Shown here piece by piece: positions 24,481 through 36,839 of a DNA stretch of 56,632 nucleotides. Positions within the stretch are counted from its first letter, which is position 1. Each line of letters starts with the position of its first letter. Below the pieces are notes generated by a model that made no database searches, was not told the origin of the DNA, and saw only the letters and a program-made list of their open reading frames with translations. Made by a program: the position numbers and the translations under genes. This DNA comes from Prorocentrum cordatum (lineage: Eukaryota): NCBI GenBank assembly GCA_963575745.1, contig CAUYUJ010000080.1, positions 62,001 through 118,632 of the forward strand. Reading direction: 5' to 3'.

Positions 24481-27400
24481 GTCGTCGTTGTCGTCGTCGA
24501 AGAACACCTCCACCCTAAGCCCCTGAACCCAGAAGGCCCAACAAGTGCAGACGACGCACAGAAAGCTCTATGCTCAAACCCTTGGAGGAGTCGGGGGAGG
24601 AGGAGGAGGAGGAGGAGGAGGAGAAGGAGGAGGAGGAGGAGGGGAGGGAGGAGGAGGAGGAGGAGGAGGAGGAGGAGGAGGAGGAGGAGGAGGCGTCGGC
24701 GCCGTCGCGTCGTCGTCGGCGTCGGCGTCGACCTCGCGTCGTCGTCGTCGGCGTGCGGCAGCGGGCCTTGCTGGCGCCCTTGGCCCTGGCCTTGCCGCTG
24801 GCCTCGCCGCCGCGAGGCGCGCCCCCCTCTCTTCGGCTGCTCCTGCTGAATCCTCCCTCCCTCCCTCCCTCTCCTCGATCTCGTCCCTCCCCATCCTCTT
24901 CCTCCTCCCCCTCCTCCTCCTCCTCCTCCTGCTCCTCCCCCTCCCCCTCCTCCTCCTCCTCCTCCTCCTCCTCCTCCTCCTCCTCCTCCTCCTCCTCCTC
25001 CTCCTCCCCCTTCTTTTCCTATTTCTCCTCTCCTCTAGTTCATCTAGTACCTGGAAAGCGCGGTCGGCTCGGCTTATCACTTACACCTACTTAAAGCAGG
25101 ATCCGCCGCGAGGTCGAGGGCCCTTGCCTCACACCGCCGTCTCCTCCTCCTCCTCCTCCTCCTCCTCCTCCTCCTCCTCCTCCTCCTCCTCCTCCTCCTC
25201 CTCCTGTTCGCGACTGTTGTGTCCATGGGAGTCTGGCGCTCGCCCAGCAGCTGCAGGCCTTACCTGCGCCTGCGAGGGCGGCCGAACCCATCCTCCACAG
25301 TCCCACCAACTCAGCTCTTTGGGCAAAGGCAGTCTAACGAGTTCCGTCTCTCCTCTTCCAGAAACCCTCTTCCTTTTAGGGAGGGGTACCCTCCCCCGCC
25401 CCCTCCCCGAGGTTTTCTGGGGGGGCTGCAAGGTGACAAGGCGCCCAAGTTGGGCCATGACGGCGGCTCCAAGAGGGCCTCCGACCCCTCCAAGGTGACC
25501 TCCAAGGCGGCTCAAGATAGCCGAAGATGGTTCAAGATAACTACCAACATGTATCCGAGAGGCCCGACCAGGGCTACAAGAATATTCCCAAGCCCGTCAA
25601 ACACGAAGCATAAAATCAATGATGCTTGACTTCTCGCCTTTTCGATTCCGATGCGCTTTTTATGCCTCAAGCTGGCCCCAAGATGTCCCAAGAGAGGCCC
25701 GAGAGGGGCCCAAAATACCCCCAAAACGGCCCAATAACGCCCAAGATCGGCCAAAGAGCGCACCAAGAGGCGATGTTAAAGGTCTCCCCTCCTTTGATCG
25801 ATAGCCTCCAAGATGGCCTCAAGATGCCCTCCAGGGCTCCCAAGAGGGCCCCAAGACCCCCCAAACGAGCCCCAAGAGGACACCAAGATTCCCCACAAGA
25901 GTCCGATCAGGGCTCCAAGAGTCGATTTTGAGGGTTCTGTCCTCGTCATCGTCGTCCTCCGCCTCCTCCTCCTCCTCCTCGTCCTCGTCCTTGCCCTCAT
26001 GGTCTTCCTTCTCCTTTACCTCCTATTCCTCGTCGTCGTAGTCGTCGTTGTCGTCGTCGTCGTCGTCTTCCTCTGCCTCCTCCTCCTCCTCCTCCTCCTC
26101 GTCCTCCTCCTCCTCCTCCTCCTCCTCCCTCCCTCCCTGGCCCCCACAAGGGCCCCCGGGATGGTCTGAAGAGGCCCTCCGAAAGCACCCCCTTGCTCCT
26201 AAAAATCTCTCTGTTTACGTCAATTGCCCGCTTTGTTTCACTTCTGCTACGTGTATCTCTTCGTCCCTCTCCCCGTCAACTCTCACGAACAGGGTTGCTG
26301 AATGGGCCGGTGGGGCTACGCAAAAAAAGAAAATATCTCAATCTACCCCCCTCTTCCCGAACAGTGTCCACCGGAACCCCACCACTCGTGCGTCCTCACA
26401 ACAAGAAGTTATGGGTCGTGCATTTCCGGTGCTGTTTCTAATCGGAACGTCCTTGGTCATTCAAAATCGGTGTTCCTGGTGCGACAGTGGCACCACTTGA
26501 GGATCGGATCTTGCTCCCGTCGTTTAGGATGGCGGCCTCGCCCAAGCGCGGACCTCGTTGGTGGATCCGACTCCTGCCTCTTCGCCGCAATCCCCCTCAT
26601 GTTTGTTCCTTTACGCTACCCTCGCCAATCCGTCTCATCTTGCTCCTCCTGCTCCTGTTCCTCGTCTCTCCTCCGCCACCTTCTCCTCTTCCTCCTCCTC
26701 CTCAAGCTAAATCCGTCTCTTCCCCTCTCCAAACTTCCTCATGCTCCTCTAAGTTCAGAGCCCCCCTTCCCGACTGCGCAGCAAACGATGGGGAAATTCC
26801 TGCAAATGTCATTCGAGGATCAGGGGCAGCAAATGAGTGGGGTAGGATGTCAGTTGTGGCGCCAGCGCACCTATCGGGGGCGCGCAACACATGGATTGGC
26901 GATCCATGGATTTGGCGCGCGGTTGCCAAATCCATGGATCGGGGGAGGTACACTCCCTAAAATGCGGCCGGTGCCGCCTCGTTCGGCGGCGGAAATCCGC
27001 GATTTCACATGGAAACGGGACCCGCCGCTAATCCACGCCCCCGTAATCAATGTTTGCGATCGCCTGAACATAGCTTGACCAATCTCCTCTCCCCTCCCCC
27101 TCCCCCCCTCCCCTTCCTGGCCCCCCATTTCCCCATTTCCCCCCCCCAGATTCCTCCTTCCGTACATGCCCTTACCTTCCAATCCCTTCCTTTCCTCTCG
27201 TTTCCTCCTTCCCACCTCCACCCTTCTCTATATCCTCCCTCCCAGTCAGTCCTCCTTCCTCCTCCCTCCTCCTCCTCCTCCTCCTCCTCCTCCTCCTCCT
27301 CCTCCTCCTCCTCCTCCTCACAGCCCCCACCTCCGTCCTCAGTCCACCGTCAAGTCTCCGATGTCTCCCCCCCCCCGTTCGACCTTCCCCGCGCACCCGC

Positions 27401-28802
27401 CCCGAATCCGCCTTGACTGCCTTACTCCCTCGCCCGGCGCCCCCCTCGCTCCTCCACGCTTCCAGACCTCGCCTCCTCCGATCCCCCCCCCTGCAGGGAG
27501 AGCCCAAACGCGAATCGACAAATCGGATCGGCGATCGAAAAGGATCGGATCGGCAGAGATCGGCAGCCGAGTCGGGAGAAGTCGAGTCGGCGGAAATCGG
27601 CAGGCTACTCCAGGGGTGCGTTCTGACCAGGACTTCGAGGCGCACTCAGCGGTGGCGACGAGAGCCTCGGAGGAGGCCCAAACAGGGGGACACCGAGGGA
27701 AGGGCAGCGGCATGGGTACCTGTTCCTCCTCTGAATGCGAGGCCTGCCTGAAGAAGGCACATTTAGTTCGCCATTTTGGCCCCAGCAAGCTGGGAGCCCC
27801 AAACTATCATGGAAAATGACCCGGGGCGACGAGAAGCAGGCCCCGGGGAGGTGTCCGAGAGGTCCCCGGGGGCCCGTGGCCCCCGGGGAGGTGTTCGAGC
27901 CGCTGAATGTCTGGGTGCTGCGAAGTGTCAATGCTGACCAAACTTCTCAACCAAACTTCACCATGCGTTACATAAAACGCTGCCCAAAGGCATGTGCCGT
28001 GAGGGCGAGGGAGGGGGAGAAGCAACGCTCCAACGAAACCACGGGGGAGGCAATCATCTAAGTTATGGTGGGGGATTCTCCCCGAAGGCAAATCCCCCGA
28101 ATCGGGAAATCGGATCGGACCAGAACGTGAGTCGGATCGGCCTGCATCGGCACAGAGAGTCCGAATCGAATCGGATCGGCAACGCAAAAATGCACAACAG
28201 CACCGTGTCACCGCCGGGTCGCATCGGATAGTCTAGATTTCTGATCAGAGTCGAATCGGGTCAGGCCTACTGGAATCGAATCGGCTCGATCGGACCGAAC
28301 TGGGTCCTGGCCTCCTGACACCGCACGGACTGCTCGCCATCGACCTGCCTAGAGAACTGAAGAAAAAAACACCCCCATAATAAGCACCCCGACAAGCGAA
28401 GCCATCGACCGCGGATGGAAACGATTAACGCGAAACTAACTCGTAACGTTGGAATTTCGCAATTCGAAGTCCGCAGGTTCCAAGCTGGGCACGATCGGCG
28501 GCCGTGGCCGAAAACGTAAAAAATGAACGCGAACCAGAAGTGCAGGCTTTTGAGCCCCATGCTGTCGTGGCCCGGATGCATTGAGTTTCCCTGAGCGGCG
28601 GAAATCCAACGTTATGCTTCGTTTTCGCGCTAACTTCTCACGTCCGCGGTAACCAACGCACCCCGGGAAGGAATCCAAGCGAGGCAGGGCTGTTCAGTGA
28701 ACGCCCAGGGCCGTTTAGCAAACGCCAGTCATCAGGGTCGGGCTGCTGTGTCCTCCCTTGGCTGCTCTCTCGGAGGTCCCCTTTCCAGAGTGCTAAAAAT
28801 TA

Positions 28803-28978
28803 CAGTGGAGGCCAGTCCACAGGAAACCTTCCACAAGAGACCGAACCCTGAGACTCCAGTAGGTCCATCGTTTTTTGGCGTGGGAAGGTCACGCTTCCCA
28901 TGGCAAAACCATCGAAACCCAAGAAACCCAGGGCACCCTGGAGTCAAGCAGGGTGTTTCTTGGCATGGGCCTCCACTG
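28803..28978. mobile_element. Tc1/mariner-type MITE (TIR CAGTGGAGGCC, TA target-site duplication)
   Basis: TA-CAGTGGAGGCC ... GGCCTCCACTG-TA; a second diverged copy is at 3363-3542. Confidence 0.8.
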
Positions 28979-29712
28979 TAAACCTATTTGGACCGCCTCA
29001 AACCCCGACTGGAATTTAGATGTCAAGGCCCTAGTGCTGTTTTGTAGCCCTCATGGAAGGTCAGGCTTCCTGACACCGCGCACTGCTCGACATCGACCTG
29101 CTCTCTTGGAGGTCCCCTGGGGCCTTCGTGCCGCGGGTCTTAGCATGGAGGATATGGGTTCTGAGGGAAGCGGGTCCTAGACCCTGGGGCCTTCCCCGAG
29201 GGCGAGTTCTTCATCCTGAATTGTTTTCTGACGGTCCCCGGGCCCGTTGAGGGTCCCGAGAACCCGAAAACGGCGAACAATCGCAGGACCCGCTTCCCCC
29301 AAGGCCCGTTTCCCCCACGCCGATCCCAGGGCCTTCGTCGTGCCGCGGGTGGTTCTCCGAACGGCCCCCCGCCTGAGGGTGGTCTGAGCCTCGCGAGCGC
29401 GGGCCAGCGCCGCGGCCCTGCCCCGAATGGTTCGGTGAGGGTGCCCCCTCGGAGCCGGGCGCAGGCCAACGTGGATTACGGTAGGCTCGTGCGGCTTCGA
29501 CGCGCGCAAAAGTGTTTGGCACCAGCCTCGTCCCACCTGGAATCGATCGCGGCCCCGATTTTTCAAAGTTGAATTCCGTCAGGCCCAACGGCGTCACCGT
29601 GTCCCTTGATGCTTCCGCACCGCAGAAAATTCAACCTTGAACGCCTTCGCCGGCGTCGCCGGTAAGCCAACGCCGCGTACGCATCCGTGGACCTGGCGCG
29701 TGGGCGCCAGAT

Positions 29713-29868
29713 TTAGGTCGGGAATGTCCCCCTACAGGCGGATTTTGAGCGAAAATCAAAAACATCCACGAATACCACCAAATAGTCAAACAAATCAAGA
29801 AACGGTCCCGAGACTATGTTGAAACTATTTTTGGATATTCCCCCTGTAGGGGGACACGCCCGACTTGA
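29713..29868. mobile_element. MITE-like family 1 copy
   Basis: TTAGGTCGGGAATGTCCCCCTACAGG ... CCTGTAGGGGGACACGCCCGACTTGA. Confidence 0.8.
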
Positions 29869-32800
29869 CGCCTGAGCCACGGAGCGGGAAGGCAGCCCCC
29901 GAACCATGAGGCGGCCAAGGCCGCACAATTCAGGGGAACCCCCCCAAAAAAGGTACAGCTACCGCTGCTCCCCGCACCTCTCCTGGGGTGCGCTCTGCCC
30001 AGGGTGCCGAGGCGAACCCAGCGGCGGCGACGAGGGCCTCCCAGGAGGCCGAACAAGGGGGACACGAGGGCATGGTCTCGGTACCGGTGCCTCCTCCCCC
30101 TCTGAGGTCTGTGGACACGGAGCGCGCCGACTCTGTCGAGAGGCAGACCCCCGGCGAGTCCACGCGCCTCGACTCGGGCTCGCGCTTCCCCGAGGGACGA
30201 GGACCAACGCCCCCCCCCCGCCCCTGTGGCCCGAGCCTCGTACGCACCCCTGCCGTGCGATGGCCTCCCCGCGCCCCAGGCGCCCCCCTTCATGGCGCGC
30301 GCGGGGGGGCGGTCGTCGTCGTCGTCGTTGCACTGCCACCGCGCCGCCCTCCGCATCGCGCCCACGTGATCTGCCATCTGACTCATACGTTGTGGCAGGT
30401 TCTCTCCACTGCAGCGCGCACATTCGCACACGGCACCACTGTGATCGACTCTCCTCCCCTCCTCCTCCCGCAGGCGGCCCACCTGAGCAGTCGCCATCGC
30501 CAACGAATCGATAGGGCCTCTGCTAGCTCCAGGGGGACGCTGGCCTTGTGGTCTCCCAAGACGCGCACCACCACGCGTAGGGAACCCTACACGCCGCCAC
30601 GCTGGTCCCGGGCAGGCGAAACATGCCTTGGCAATTCGCCGGCCCAACGGGCCAGAGGCGTGCTAAGATCTCCAGTAACTACTTAACAATATTTCTAGGC
30701 CCCTGGGGGCCCCCGGACGAAAAGTACCCCGGCCGATCCCCGGCTGGGTCCCGAGCGATCCCCAAGGGGGAGGCTATTTTTCGCCACCCCTCACGAGGAT
30801 CGTGGCCTCCGAGAGGGTGGCTGCAGTCGACTACCCCCCCCTCCCGCCCCAAGGGGCCCCCAAGAGCCCCCTAAGAGGCCCCAGGGGGGCCCAAGACGCC
30901 GCCAAGGAGCCCCAAGACGCTCCCAAGAAGCCCCCAAGAGGCCCCAAAGACGGCCCCAAGAGGCCCCAAATAGCGCTCCAGGGCCGGCGGAATGAGCGAA
31001 GCGATTAAATAGTTGGCACTGGCTTTGCACTGCTTGGCCTTGCGTGGCGCTCCGCGGTATTGCTTGGAGTCGAGGAACCCGAGGCTTGACATTACAACCC
31101 AAGGCCGAGGAACCCGAGAAAAGCCCGAGGAACCAAAGACTCAGGAGCCCGAGGAAAGCAGGGGGAGCAGAAGACCGAGCAACCCGAAGACGGCCGCATG
31201 CCGCCCCTCCACCGGGGCTTCGGACCCAGCAACGTCTTCCGCACGCAAGCGGGAAACCCTTAGACAGATCCCAATTGTGGAATCCAGGCACTAGTCATAT
31301 CATGACCATGGCCATTACCATGGTGATCGCAAGTTGCACCCTTATCGCTATTTCAACCGCCCTCATCGCCATGCTGACCATCACCATGGACTACATTCGC
31401 AGTTTCGTTAGGCGGGCCTGGACATGAATTGGGGCGCCTCCCTGTAGGGGGGGATCTAGATTGGTCGATCGTGAAGCAAGGGGGGGGAGTGGTTTTGGTG
31501 GACAAAGGGAGTCTTCTGCGGGATACCGGGTGCGCGCGCGAGGAGCGGGCATGCTCGTGCCCTCACGCCGACCCCCCCTAAAAGAAGGGCAGCTCGAAGC
31601 CCCTGCCCCTGCCCCTGCCAGCGGAGGACCTACAACCGACGGACCCAAGTCCCACTGCCAGTGCTACCCACAATAGGGTACAGACCATGGATGAGGCACA
31701 GCTGGCCCCCCAGACATCAAGGGCTTCATCGAGCGTCGGGTTCACGTGCGCGTTGGAGCCTCCAGGGCCTGGAGCGCCACCGATCTCGGACAAAGAACGT
31801 GCTTCATGAGAGAAGGCTGGGCAACCTCTAGAGAAACCCTGGACAGCCCGGGAAACAACCGCCCGGGTAACCCTTTTCTGCGACATCTGTCTGGGAAGTC
31901 ATGCGGCAAACTCCCTTACGAGGATGCCAATCGGGCCATGAAGTAAAACATAGGAGAAAGGATGTCGAGGAAGGGTACAAGACCATGGAAAGTTCAAGCT
32001 GCAACAACTGCGGCGGCGGGCCAGTGTGCACGAGGTCGAGCGGGCACGGATTCGAGGGCAGCAACCCCGATGAAGCGCTGCATTCGCGGCCCTTCGCCGC
32101 GGGCCAACCTGGAGGGCAGGATCTTCACCGCGTATCGCTCATTCGATGGTCTTCGAGCCCGCGAGTGGCGCCAAGGACAATTTTGGAAAACTCCCAGATT
32201 GCCTCATCAGGGCCCCGCCGGTGCCCCCACACACACCATTGTTTGGAGGGGAGGGGGTCGGCATGACTCGAAGCCTGGGCGTCAATGCCGTGGTTGACGG
32301 CATCACCCTCGCGCCTCTCCCAGCGCTCGCCCTGCTTGCCCCGTGCCCGGGGGGACACCGTGGACTCGGCTCTCGAGCGCGGTTGCTGCGCGTGCGACTG
32401 CAGTCCGAGCCTGCGAGCCCCGCATCTCGCGCACTGGCCTCTGCTGCAGCTGGGGTGAACCCAAAGCTACCCAGACACCGCTGCTGCACGGACCTCTCCC
32501 GGGGTGAATTACGACAAGGATTCCGACGCGAACCCGGCGGTGGCGACGAGGGCCACCCAGAAGCCGACAAAAGGGGAAAACGGGCGGAGGGCAGCGGCAT
32601 TGGCATCGTGTCCTCCTCCGCGCAGCGCCGCGGCGCAGCACCTTCGCACTCTCGCGGCCTGCGCCCGTGCCTGCGCTGCCTGCCCCGACGCCCCCCCCCC
32701 TCCCCAGACCCGGGCGGAGCGCCGCCCCTGCCGGTGGCACTCTGCACCTCGGGCGCAGGCGGCCAGCGGAGGAGGGGCTGGTCATCGCTCGGACGTCCAT

Positions 32801-34129
32801 TTCCTTATTTTTTTTGTTGGCTTCGTGCGTGATTTTTTCGCCAAATGGTCGAGAATGCTCCTCGATTGTCCTCGCCGAAGGAAAAATACACACGTCCGAG
32901 CGATGCCAAGGGGGAGCACGAACTGCGCAGCAGCGCCGATCCTGGCCAGGCCCATCCTGGGCCAGCCTCACGAATCGCTGTGCGCGCCCGCTCGGCTTGG
33001 CGCGCACAGATCCACACCCGGGGCTAGCCTGGCAAGGAGCGGCGTCGGTGTTCAGTTGGCGCCCCCGGGAGGGAGGCGGACGAGGACGAGGGCGAGAAGG
33101 CCAAGTGGAGGACGGCGCACGGCGAGGATGACAGGGATGCAGGCGGGGGTGGGGTGGGGCATGGGTGTGAGGCAGAGGTGGGTACGAAGAGAGGATCGGA
33201 GAGAGAGGGGTGGGACAAGGGCCAGAGCGCCTGCTTGTTGTAAATAGCCAGCCCGCCGTAGGCGCCGATCTTTTTCCAAACAGAGTGTGCGTCTGTGTCG
33301 AGAGGCGGGTCGTTTGTGGGTCGCGGGGTTTGAAGGCAAATGTCAAGACGCACGCCACAAACCCCGTTCGTTTCTTTATGTGCGAGCCGGGCGGGGTTTG
33401 AGCTATGCAGGTTTTACACAGCCAGCCAGCCGCCGTAGGCGGCGACTCTCTCCAAAACAATGTGAGTGGGTCGCGGATGCGTCGCGGGTGTGGGTTGCAA
33501 GTGTGGGCCGCAAGCGGCTCGAGGCTGGGTGCAATTGGGTCGCGGGGCGGGCGGCGACAACTTCTGCCAGCTGCGACAGCGGATCTCAATCAAGAGATGA
33601 CCCGCCATGCTAGTCGAACGGTCGCCACAACATATTGGTAACGATGACGCGTGTTCAAATGAGAAGGCGGTGGACAACCTGGTATTCACTGGCCGGTGAA
33701 ACTATAACAGTGAAAGCGGGCCAAACCACATAACGTATTGGTCGAAAGTGAGACAGGCATGACAACATGGACATGGCTGAATAGCGCGTATAATAATAGT
33801 GGGAATCTGGAAGGATGTGGCAATTAACCGGCCACTGAATATCAAAAACAACGTGCCATAAGATAAAAACAATAAAACAAACTAACGGGCGTTGGACGCA
33901 CGTTGCAGCAACACACGAACAACTGCAACTGCGGAAATAACAGGTATGACACCATGATGAAACAAAACCACTTTCATCCAGTGAACACGCTGAGCACTCG
34001 CGCACTATACGTCTGGTCTCGCATTCACTGGCTCACACAAGGTGTGCGGAGCAAACCCCTGCAGCACGTGATGTTGGTCAGACTTGTACCCTTCCCAGTA
34101 CGAGGAACATTGCTCGCAAGCGAGCTCAA

Positions 34130-35413
<1,284 letters not shown>

Positions 35414-35434
35414 CCGTAGCCATTTTGGCTCAAG
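35414..35434 (+). other. Dinoflagellate spliced-leader (DinoSL) sequence at the 5' end of the LINE
   Basis: Exact 21-nt match CCGTAGCCATTTTGGCTCAAG to the DinoSL consensus DCCGTAGCCATTTTGGCTCAAG. Followed by GCTGAG rather than the GT donor of an SL-RNA gene, and preceded by (ACT)n. Confidence 0.95.
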
Positions 35435-35597
35435 GCTGAGCCCGCATAGGCAATCACGGAAGCTGCTGTCACCGTAGCAGGCAGAGCTGTTCAGCTCGGC
35501 ATCCATCTTTCGCGCTGTTCTGGTCCGCCCCAGTCAGCGCCTGCCTCCCGCTGCCCGCGGGTGAGCAGACTCTTCGTACGAGCCCCTGTCGGTGCCC

Positions 35598-36839
35598 ATG
35601 GTCCCAGGTGTCGGAGGGGCTGGAGGTAGCCATGGTGGTTGGACGTACGATCCGTGGATCAAGGTCGGCCGCGGTGGCGCTAAGGCTGGCCACGTTCCTC
35701 GTCGTGGGCGTCCTTACACTGTGTGCTCTTGTGGGCACTGGACGTGGGACGACTTGCTTGCCAAGCGCAAGTGGCTTTGTGTCGGATGCCAGGACATCTG
35801 CGATCCCTACGGCCACTCCACCCGGGACACCTACTACCCGATCGGTTGCAACGGCTCGGCGATGGCCTTGGCCGACGACCCGCATGGTGGTGACGGTGGT
35901 GCCATGCCTAAGGGGCGCTGGCGCCGCCACGCGGAGGAGCAGGCCCAGAAGGAGGCCACCATCAACTTGTCGTCCGAGGCGCTGGCAGCCCTTCGGCAGG
36001 CGGCGGGGCAGCTCTCCCAGCCAGAGGCGCAGAAGCTCTTGGCGCCCTTCCAGCCGCCCGCGCCCGCTGCTGCGCCCATGTCGGCTCAGGCATCCTGGAA
36101 CCGTGCCAACCAGATTCGCAAGGCTGCGTCAGACCGTTTGGATAAGGCTCTGCTCAAGCGCGTCGACTTGGACAAGCAAGTCGCAGAGTCCAACAAACTA
36201 CTTGACGACCTCATGGCGAAGGACATCGCTGCTGAGGAAGCCCTGGCGGAGGCTACCCGCGTCTTGGCAGCAGGTGTTATCAAGCCGTGCGAGTCCAAGG
36301 TCAACACCATCAACATCACATCTCTGTTCAAGGATTCTGCAGACGATCTCGCGCTGGAGTTCGGTGAGGACATCGACCTCTCAGGCCCCGCCTTCTCCGA
36401 CGCTGACCGCGCAGACTTCCAGAAGTTCCAGGGCGAGCAGTCGGCCAAGATCAAAAAGCTTCTTCATGATGCTCTCACGACGGTTAAGACGCAAGCTGAT
36501 GCACATCAGCAGGAGTATCTTACCCGCATGGGAGAGCTTCGCAAGAAGCGCAAGGTTGGCGAGGCCGGCTCAGGCTCGGTGGCCGTGGCGGCGGAGGCCC
36601 CCTCTGAGGCGAGCCATGGCGCTCAGGCAGCGGCTCGCGCCCCCGCTGCCGGGGCCAGCTCCCTACCAGAGGCGGCGTCCTCCCAGCCCGCCCCCGGGCC
36701 TGCCGAGCCACATGCGCCCGCTGACAAGTCTGACAGGAAGCTCCAGGCGGATCAGCTCAAGACTGAGCTCCTGGCCAAGGCTAAGCAGAAGGCAGAGCAG
36801 GCCAAGAGCGAGGCCAAGGGCGAGAAGCCACGCTCCTAA
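35598..36839 (+). CDS. LINE ORF1 protein (N-terminal Cys cluster, Ala/Lys/Glu-rich coiled-coil-like body)
   Basis: First ATG after the SL (35598), ~413 codons to TAA at 36837-36839. Motif CSCGHWTW...WLCVGC may be a Zn ribbon. Helical segments such as SDRLDKALLKRVDLDKQVAESNKLLDDL. Position upstream of the pol ORF is typical of ORF1. Confidence 0.8.
   Translation: MVPGVGGAGGSHGGWTYDPWIKVGRGGAKAGHVPRRGRPYTVCSCGHWTWDDLLAKRKWLCVGCQDICDPYGHSTRDTYYPIGCNGSAMALADDPHGGDGGAMPKGRWRRHAEEQAQKEATINLSSEALAALRQAAGQLSQPEAQKLLAPFQPPAPAAAPMSAQASWNRANQIRKAASDRLDKALLKRVDLDKQVAESNKLLDDLMAKDIAAEEALAEATRVLAAGVIKPCESKVNTINITSLFKDSADDLALEFGEDIDLSGPAFSDADRADFQKFQGEQSAKIKKLLHDALTTVKTQADAHQQEYLTRMGELRKKRKVGEAGSGSVAVAAEAPSEASHGAQAAARAPAAGASSLPEAASSQPAPGPAEPHAPADKSDRKLQADQLKTELLAKAKQKAEQAKSEAKGEKPRS

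Noticed and set aside
27770..27780. Relict spliced leaders (GCCATTTTGGC here; CCATTTTGGC near 22018; TTGGCTCAAG near 13296)
   Set aside because: Only 10-11-nt matches, with no adjacent coding sequence; compatible with chance.
19584..29220. Other short AG|G...|GC/GT-bounded minus-strand segments (near 19600-19640, 20800-20845, 24220-24250, 29193-29218) as extra exons
   Set aside because: Splice-like boundaries are common by chance in GC-rich DNA and the peptides are unrecognisable; RNA-seq is needed.
35414..35520. SL-RNA gene
   Set aside because: The SL is followed by GCTGAG and the LINE 5' UTR, not by a GT-starting SL intron and T-rich end.
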